Positions 1 to 9,300 of a DNA stretch of 14,655 nt are shown piece after piece (positions within the stretch are counted from its first letter, which is position 1; each line of letters begins with the position of its first letter). The translations under genes were made by a program, and so were the position numbers. Source of the DNA: Utricularia gibba (Eukaryota > Plantae > Magnoliophyta). The stretch lies in assembly GCA_002189035.1 (NCBI GenBank), contig NEEC01000454.1:1-14655 (forward strand). The letters run 5' to 3'. The notes beneath the pieces are model-generated. The model saw only the letters and a list, made by a program, of their open reading frames with translations. It searched no databases and was not told the origin of the DNA.

Positions 1-254
1 AAACGAGAAGCTGTTCCTTGAAAAACCATGTAGGCAACACCGAAAACCGAACGTTAATAAATACATCACTTTCTTTGCCGGCTACAACTTACTTTGGGCC
101 AAGGCCTAAGCTGACTTTTTCCGGTTCCAAGTGCCCCAAAAGACCGCCTTCTCATGTATAAAGTATGTTGTTAAAAAATCATGTGGGGTGCACGTGACAT
201 CGTAATTTAAACAAATGCATCATTTTTTTTAAATCGATTTGCATCCAGTTGACC

Positions 255-566
255 TCATGAGCCATACAGAATCGGGGTCAAGGACCAAGTTCCCAGCGAG
301 ACTGGCCGCCACAAAACGAGAAGCGGTTCCTTGAAAAACCATGTAGGCAGCCCCCGAAAACCGAACGATAATAAATACATCACTTTATTTGCCGGACTAC
401 AACTTACTTTGGGCAAGCCTAAGCTGATCTTTTTCCGTTCCAGGTGCACCCAAAGACCGCCTCCTCAAGTATAAAGTAAGTTGTTGAAAAAATCATGTGG
501 GGTGCACGTGATATCGCAATTTAAACAAATGCAACATTGTATTCATCGATTTGCATCCTTTTGTCC
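255..566 (+). repeat. Representative type-A monomer (counted from TCATGA)
   Basis: Diagnostic strings: CATACAGAATCGGGGTCAAGG, TTCCCAGC, GAAGCGGTT, GGCAGCCCC, GAACGATAAT, TTTATTTGCCGGACT. It is preceded by GACATCGT...GCATCATTTTTTT...CCAGTTGACC. Confidence 0.95.
399..484. repeat. 12-bp inverted repeat within each monomer (example shown): ACAACTTACTTT (399-410) / AAAGTAAGTTGT (473-484), ~62 bp loop
   Basis: The two arms are exact reverse complements read directly from the sequence. They are present in essentially every complete monomer, with occasional single-base variants. Confidence 0.9.
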
Positions 567-877
567 TCATGAGCCATAAAGAATCGCGGGCCCGGACCAA
601 GTTCCTAGCGAGACTGGCCGCCACAAAACGAGAAGCTGTTCCTTGAAAAACCATGTAGGCAACACCGAAAACCGAACGTTAATAAATACATCACTTTCTT
701 TGCCGGCTACAACTTACTTTGGGCCAAGGCCTAAGCTGACCTTTTTCCGGTTCAAGTGCCCCAAGACCGCCTCTCAAGTATAAAAGTAAGTTGTTGAAAA
801 AATCATGTGGGGTGCACGTGACATCGTAATTTAAACAAATGCATCATTTTTTTTAATCGATTTGCATCCAGTTGACC
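567..877 (+). repeat. Representative type-B monomer (counted from TCATGA)
   Basis: Diagnostic strings: CATAAAGAATCGCGGGCCCGG, TTCCTAGC, GAAGCTGTT, GGCAACACC, GAACGTTAAT, TTTCTTTGCCGG(G)CT. It is preceded by GATATCGC...GCAACATTGTATTCATCG...CCTTTTGTCC. Confidence 0.95.
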
Positions 878-3360
878 TCATGAGCCATACAGAATCGGGG
901 TCAAGGACCAAGTTCCCAGCGAGACTGGCCGCCACAAAACGAGAAGCGGTTCCTTGAAAAACCATGTAGGCAGCCCCGAAAACCGAACGATAATAAATAC
1001 ATCACTTTTTTGCCGGACTACAACTTACTTTGGCAAAGGCCTAAGCTGATCTTTTTCCGTTCCAAGTGCCCCAAGACCGCCTCTCATGTATAAAGTAAGT
1101 TGTTGAAAAAATCATGTGGGGTGCACGTGATATCGCAATTTAAACAAATGCAACATTGTATTCATCGATTTGCATCCTTTTGTCCTCATGAGCCATAAAG
1201 AATCGCGGGCCCGGACCAAGTTCCTAGCGAGACTGGCCGCCACAAAACGAGAAGCTGTTCCTTGAAAAACCATGTAGGCAACACCGAAAACCGAACGTTA
1301 ATAAATACATCACTTTCTTTGCCGGGCTACAACTTACTTTGGGCCAAGGCCTAAGCTGACCTTTTTTCCGGTTCCAAGTGCCCCCAAGACCGCCTCCTCA
1401 TGTATAAAGTAAGTTGTTAAAAAATCATGTGGGGTGCACGTGACATAATTTAAACAAATGCATCATTTTTTTAATCGATTTGCATCCAGTTGACCTCATG
1501 AGCCATACAGAATCGGGGTCAAGGACCAAGTTCCCAGCGAGACTGGCCGCCACAAAACGAGAAGCTGTTCTTGAAAAACCATGTAGGCAACCCCGAAAAC
1601 CGAACGTTAATAAATACATCACTTTCTTTGCCGGGCTACAACTTACTTTGGGCCAAGGCCTAAGCTGATCTTTTCCGGTTCCAAGTGCCCCCAAAGACCG
1701 CCTCTCAAGTATAAAGTAAGTTGTTAAAAAATCATGTGGGGTGCACGTGACATCGTAATTTAAACAAATGCATCATTTTTTTTAATCGATTTGCATCCAG
1801 TTGACCTCATGAGCCATACAGAATCGGGGTCAAGGACCAAGTTCCCAGCGAGACTGGCCGCCACAAAACGAGAAGCGGTTCCTTGAAAAACCATGTAGGC
1901 AGCCCCGAAAACCGAACGATAATAAATACATCACTTTATTTGCCGGACTACAACTTACTTTGGCCAAGGCCTAAGCTGACTTTTTCCGGTTCCAAGTGCC
2001 CCCAAGACCGCCTCCTCATGTATAAAGTAAGTTGTTGAAAAAATCATGTGGGGTGCACGTGATATCGCAATTTAAACAAATGCAACATTTATTCATCGAT
2101 TTGCATCCTTTTGTCCTCATGAGCCATAAAGAATCGCGGGCCCGGACCAAGTTCCTAGCGAGACTGGCCGCACAAAACGAGAAGCTGTTCCTTGAAAAAC
2201 CATGTAGGCAACACCGAAAACCGAACGTTAATAAATACATCACTTTCTTTGCCGGGCTACAACTTACTTTGGGCCAAGCCTAAGCTGATCTTTTTTCCGG
2301 TTCCAAGTGCCCAAAGACCGCCTCTCAAGTATAAAGTAAGTTGTTGAAAAAATCATGTGGGGTGCACGTGACATCATAATTTAAACAAATGCATCATTTT
2401 TTTTAATCGATTTGCATCCAGTTGACCTCATGAGCCATACAGAATCGGGGTCAAGGACCAAGTTCCAGCGAGACTGGCCGCCACAAAACGAGAAGCGGTT
2501 CCTTGAAAAACCATGTAGGCAGCCCCGAAAACCGAACGATAATAAATACATCACTTTATTTGCCGGACTACAACTTACTTTGGGCCAAGGCCTAAGCTGA
2601 TCTTTTCCGTTCCAAGTGCCCCCAAAGACCGCCTCCTCATGTATAAAGTAAGTTGTTGAAAAAATCATGTGGGGTGCACGTGATATCGCAATTTAAACAA
2701 ATGCATCATTGTATTCATCGATTTGCATCCTTTTGTCCTCATGAGCCATAAAGAATCGCGGGCCCGGACCAAGTTCCTAGCGAGACTGGCCGCCACAAAA
2801 GAAGCTGTTCCTTGAAAAACCATGTAGGCAACACCGAAAACCGAACGTTAATAAATACATCACTTTCTTTGCCGGGCTACAACTTACTTTGGGCCAAGGC
2901 CTAAGCTGACCTTTTTCCGGTTCCAAGTGCCCCCAAGACCGCCTCCTCATGTATAAAGTATGTTGTTAAAAAAAATCATGTGGGGTGCACGTGACATCGT
3001 AATTTAAACAAATGCATCATTTTTTTAATCGATTTGCATCCAGTTGACCTCATGAGCCATAAAGAATCGGGGCCCGGACCAAGTTCCAGCGAGACTGGCC
3101 GCCACAAAACGAGAAGCTGTTCCTTGAAAAACCATGTAGGCAACACCGAAAACCGAACGTTAATAAATACATCACTTTCTTTGCCGGGCTACAACTTACT
3201 TTGGGCCAAGGCCTAAGCTGATCTTTTTCCGGTTCCAAGTGCACCCAAAGACCGCCTCTCAAGTATAAAGTAAGTTGTTGAAAAAATCATGTGGGGTGCA
3301 CGTGACATCATAATTTAAACAAATGGATCATTTTTTTAATCGATTTGCATCCAGTTGACC

Positions 3361-6300
3361 TCATGAGCCATACAGAATCGGGGTCAAGGACCAAGTTCCC
3401 AGCGAGACTGGCCGCCACAAAACGAGAAGCGGTTCCTTGAAAAACCATGTAGGCAGCCCCGAAAACCGAACGATAATAAATACATCACTTTATTTGCCGG
3501 ACTACAACTTAACTTTGGGCAAAGCCTAAGCCTTTTTCCGTTCCAGTGCACCCAAGACCGCCTCCTCAAGTATAAAGTAAGTTGTTGAAAAAATCATGTG
3601 GGGTGCACGTGATATCGCAATTTAAACAAATGCAACATTGTATTCATCGATTTGCATCCTTTTGTCCTCATGAGCCATAAAGAATCGCGGGCCCGGACCA
3701 AGTTCCTAGCGAGACTGGCCGCCACAAAACGAGAAGCTGTTCCTTGAAAAACCATGTAGGCAACACCGAAAACCGAACGTTAATAAATACATCACTTTCT
3801 TTTGCCGGGCTACAACTTACTTTGGGCCAAGGCCTAAGCTGATCTTTTTCCGGTTCCAAGTGCACCCAAAGACCGCCTTCTCAAGTATAAAGTAAGTTGT
3901 TAAAAAAATCATGTGGGGTGCACGTGACATCGTAATTTAAACAAATGGATCATTTTTTTTAATCGATTTGCATCCAGTTGACCTCATGAGCCATACAGAA
4001 TCGGGGTCAAGGACCAAGTTCCCAGCGAGACTGGCCGCCACAAAACGAGAAGCGGTTCCTTGAAAAACCATGTAGGCAGCCCCCGAAAACCGAACGATAA
4101 TAAATACATCACTTTATTTGCCGGACTACAACTTACTTTGGCCAAGGCCTAAGCTGACTTTTCCGGTTCCAAGTGCCCCCAAGACCGCCTCTCAAGTATA
4201 AAGTAAGTTGTTGAAAAAATCATGTGGGGTGCACGTGATATCGTAATTTAAACAAATGCATCATTTTTTTTAATCGATTTGCATCCTTTGTCCTCATGAG
4301 CCATAAAGAATCGCGGGCCCGGACCAAGTTCCTAGCGAGACTGGCCGCCAAAAACGAGAAGCTGTTCCTTGAAAAACCATGTAGGCAACACCGAAAACCG
4401 AACGTTAATAAATACATCACTTTCTTTGCCGGGCTACAACTTACTTTGGGCCAAGGCCTAAGCTGATCTTTTTCCGGTTCCAAGTGCACCCAAAGACCGC
4501 CTTCTCAAGTATAAAGTAAGTTGTTGAAAAAATCATGTGGGGTGCACGTGACATCATAATTTAAACAAATGGATCATTTTTTTAATCGATTTGCATCCAG
4601 TTGACCTCATGAGCCATACAGAATCGGGGTCAAGGACCAAGTTCCCAGCGAGACTGGCCGCCACAAAACGAGAAGCGGTTCCTTGAAAAACCATGTAGGC
4701 AGCCCCCGAAAACCGAACGATAATAAATACATCACTTTATTTGCCGGACTACAACTTACTTTGGGCAAAGCCTAAGCTGATCTTTTTCCGTTCCAAGTGC
4801 CCCAAGACCGCCTCCTCAAGTATAAAGTAAGTTGTTGAAAAAATCATGTGGGGTGCACGTGATATCGCAATTTAAACAAATGCAACATTGTATTCATCGA
4901 TTTGCATCCTTTGTCCTCATGAGCCATAAAGAATCGCGGGCCCGGACCAAGTTCCTAGCGAGACTGGCCGCCACAAAACGAGAAGCTGTTCCTTGAAAAA
5001 CCATGTAGGCAACACCGAAAACCGAACGTTAATAAATACATCACTTTCTTTGCCGGGCTACAACTTACTTTGGGCCAAGGCCTAAGCTGATCTTTTTCCG
5101 GTTCCAAGTGCCCCCAAGACCGCCTCCTCATGTATAAAGTAAGTTGTTAAAAAAATCATGTGGGGTGCACGTGACATCATAATTTAAACAAATGCATCAT
5201 TTTTTTTAATCGATTTGCATCCAGTTGACCTCATGAGCCATACAGAATCGGGGTCAAGGACCAAGTTCCCAGCGAGACTGGCCGCCACAAAACGAGAAGC
5301 GGTTCCTTGAAAAACCATGTAGGCAGCCCCCGAAAACCGAACGATAATAAATACATCACTTTATTTGCCGGACTACAACTTACTTTGGGCAAGCCTAAGC
5401 TGACTTTTTCCGTTCCAGTGCCCCCAAAGACCGCCTCCTCAAGTATAAAGTAAGTTGTTGAAAAAAATCATGTGGGGTGCACGTGATATCGCAATTTAAA
5501 CAAATGCAACATTGTATTCATCGATTTGCATCCTTTTGTCCTCATGAGCCATAAAGAATCGCGGGCCCGGACCAAGTTCCTAGCGAGACTGGCCGCCACA
5601 AAACGAGAAGCTGTTCCTTGAAAAACCATGTAGGCAACCGAAAACCGAACGTTAATAAATACATCACTTTCTTTGCCGGGCTACAACTTACTTTGGGCCA
5701 AGGCCTAAGCTGATTTTCCGGTTCCAAGTGCCCCCCAAGACCGCCTCCTCATGTATAAAGTAAGTTGTTAAAAAAATCATGTGGGGTGCACGTGACATCG
5801 TAATTTAAACAAATGCATCATTTTTTTTAATCGATTTGCATCCAGTTGACCTCATGAGCCATACAGAATCGGGGTCAAGGACCAAGTTCCCAGCGAGACT
5901 GGCCGCCACAAAACGAGAAGCGGTTCCTTGAAAAACCATGTAGGCAGCCCCCGAAAACCGAACGATAATAAATACATCACTTTATTTGCCGGACTACAAC
6001 TAACTTCGGCAAGCCAAAGCTGACCTTTGTCCCGTTCCAGGTGCACCCAAAGACCGCCTCTCAAGTATAAAGTAAGTTGTTGAAAAAATCATGTGGGGTG
6101 CACGTGATATCGCAATTTAAACAAATGCAACATTGTATTCATCGATTTGCATCCTTTTGTCCTCATGAGCCATAAAGAATCGGGGGGACCAAGTTCCTAG
6201 CGAGACTGGCCGCCACAAAACGAGAAGCTGTTCCTTGAAAAACCATGTAGGCAACACCGAAAACCGAACGTTAATAAATACATCACTTTCTTTGCCGGGC

Positions 6301-9300
6301 TACAACTTACTTTGGGCCAAGGCCTAAGCTGATCTTTTTCCGGTTCCAAGTGCCCCCCAAGACCGCCTCCTCATGTATAAAGTATGTTGTTAAAAAAATC
6401 ATGTGGGGTGCACGTGACATCGTAATTTAAACAAATGCATCATTTTTTTTAATCGATTTGCATCCAGTTGACCTCATGAGCCATACAGAATCGGGGTCAA
6501 GGACCAAGTTCCCAGCGAGACTGGCCGCCACAAAACGAGAAGCGGTTCCTTGAAAAACCATGTAGGCAGCCCCGAAAACCGAACGATAATAAATACATCA
6601 CTTTATTTGCCGGACTACAACTAACTTTGGGCAAAGCCAAGCTGACTTTTTCCGTTCCAAGCACCCAAGACCGCCTCCTCAAGTATAAAGTAAGTTGTTG
6701 AAAAAATCATGTGGGGTGCACGTGATATCGCAATTTAAACAAATGCAACATTGTATTCATCGATTTGCATCCTTTTGTCCTCATGAGCCATAAAGAATCG
6801 CGGGCCCGGACCAAGTTCCTAGCGAGACTGGCCGCCACAAAACGAGAAGCTGTTCCTTGAAAAACCATGTAGGCAACACCGAAAACCGAACGTTAATAAA
6901 TACATCACTTTCTTTGCCGGGCTACAACTTACTTTGGGCCAAGGCCTAAGCTGACCTTTTTCCGGTTCCAAGTGCCCCCAAGACCGCCTTCATGTATAAA
7001 GTAAGTTGTTAAAAAATCATGTGGGGTGCACGTGACATCGTAATTTAAACAAATGCATCATTTTTTTTAATCGATTTGCATCCAGTTGACCTCATGAGCC
7101 ATACAGAATCGGGGTCAAGGACCAAGTTCCCAGCGAGACTGGCCGCCACAAAACGAGAAGCGGTTCCTTGAAAAACCATGTAGGCAGCCCCCGAAAACCG
7201 AACGATAATAAATACATCACTTTATTTGCCGGACTACTAAACTTACTTTGGGCAAAGCCAAGCTGACTTTTTCCGTTCCAGTGCCCCAAGACCGCCTCCT
7301 CAAGTATAAAGTAAGTTGTTGAAAAAATCATGTGGGGTGCACGTGATATCGCAATTTAAACAAATGCAACATTGTATTCATCGATTTGCATCCTTTTGTC
7401 CTCATGAGCCATAAAGAATCGCGGGCCCGGACCAAGTTCCTAGCGAGACTGGCCGCCACAAAACGAGAAGCTGTTCCTTGAAAAACCATGTAGGCAACAC
7501 CGAAAACCGAACGTTAATAAATACATCACTTTCTTTGCCGGGCTACAACTTACTTTGGGCCAAGGCCTAAGCTGATTTTTCCGGTTCCAAGTGCCCCAAG
7601 ACCGCCTCCTCATGTATAAAGTAAGTTGTTAAAAAAATCATGTGGGGTGCACGTGACATCGTAATTTAAACAAATGCATCATTTTTTTTAATCGATTTGC
7701 ATCCAGTTGACCTCATGAGCCATACAGAATCGGGGTCAAGGACCAAGTTCCCAGCGAGACTGGCCGCCACAAAACGAGAAGCGGTTCCTTGAAAAACCAT
7801 GTAGGCAGCCCCCGAAAACCGAACGATAATAAATACATCACTTTATTTGCCGGACTACAACTAACTTCGGGCAAGCCAAACCTTACCTTTTCCGTTCCAG
7901 GTGCACCCAAAGACCCTCTCAAGTATAAAGTAAGTTGTTGAAAAAATCATGTGGGGTGCACGTGATATCGCAATTTAAACAAATGCAACATTGTATTCAT
8001 CGATTTGCATCCTTTGTCCTCATGAGCCATAAAGAATCGCGGGCCCGGACCAAGTTCCTAGCGAGACTGGCCGCCACAAAACGAGAAGCTGTTCCTTGAA
8101 AAACCATGTAGGCAACACCGAAAACCGAACGTTAATAAATACATCACTTTCTTTGCCGGGCTACAACTTACTTTGGGCCAAGGCCTAAGCTGATCTTTTT
8201 CCGGTTCCAAGTGCACCCAAAGACCGCCTCTCAAGTATAAAGTAAGTTGTTAAAAAAATCATGTGGGGTGCACGTGACATCGTAATTTAAACAAATGGAT
8301 CATTTTTTTTAATCGATTTGCATCCAGTTGACCTCATGAGCCATACAGAATCGGGGTCAAGGACCAAGTTCCCAGCGAGACTGGCCGCCACAAAACGAGA
8401 AGCGGTTCCTTGAAAAACCATGTAGGCAGCCCCCGAAAACCGAACGATAATAAATACATCACTTTATTTGCCGGACTACAACTTACTTTGGGCAAGCCTA
8501 AGCTTACTTTTTCCGTTCCAAGTGCCCCCAAGACCGCCTCCTCAAGTATAAAGTAAGTTGTTGAAAAAATCATGTGGGGTGCACGTGATATCGCAATTTA
8601 AACAAATGCAACATTGTATTCATCGATTTGCATCCTTTTGTCCTCATGAGCCATAAAGAATCGCGGGCCCGGACCAAGTTCCTAGCGAGACTGGCCGCCA
8701 CAAAACGAGAAGCTGTTCCTTGAAAAACCATGTAGGCAACACCGAAAACCGAACGTTAATAAATACATCACTTTCTTTGCCGGGCTACAACTTACTTTGG
8801 GCCAAGGCCTAAGCTGATCTTTTTCCGGTTCCAAGTGCACCCAAAGACCGCCTTCTCAAGTATAAAGTAAGTTGTTGAAAAAATCATGTGGGGTGCACGT
8901 GACATCGTAATTTAAACAAATGGATCATTTTTTTTAATCGATTTGCATCCAGTTGACCTCATGAGCCATACAGAATCGGGGTCAAGGACCAAGTTCCCAG
9001 CGAGACTGGCCGCCACAAAACGAGAAGCGGTTCCTTGAAAAACCATGTAGGCAGCCCCCGAAAACCGAACGATAATAAATACATCACTTTATTTGCCGGA
9101 CTACAACTTACTTTGGGCAAAGCCAAGCTGACTTTTTCCGTTCCAAGTGCCCCCAACCGCCTCTCAAGTATAAAGTAAGTTGTTGAAAAAATCATGTGGG
9201 GTGCACGTGATATCGCAATTTAAACAAATGCAACATTGTATTCATCGATTTGCATCCTTTTGTCCTCATGAGCCATAAAGAATCGCGGGCCCGGACCAAG

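Larger units (their letters stand above)
1..3360. repeat. A/B alternating block with two phase-shifting hybrid monomers (1496-1806 and 3050-3360)
   Basis: Order read from the diagnostic strings: (B) A B A B [A>B hybrid] A B A B [A>B hybrid]. Confidence 0.85.

Noticed and set aside
408-452. tRNA/SINE-like A-box and B-box resemblance (TGGGCCAAGGCCTAAG ... GGTTCCAAGTGCCCC)
   Set aside because: The B-box consensus GTTCRA is not met (GTTCCA), the spacing is too short for a tRNA, I could not form a cloverleaf, and this is the least conserved part of the monomer.
398-484. Spliced-leader RNA gene idea: TACAACTTAC resembles part of the bdelloid rotifer SL as I recall it, and AA|GTAAGT resembles a splice donor
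   Set aside because: The match is only ~10 nt and lies ~70 bp from the putative donor. GTAAGT is explained as the right arm of the inverted repeat, and I see no convincing Sm site.
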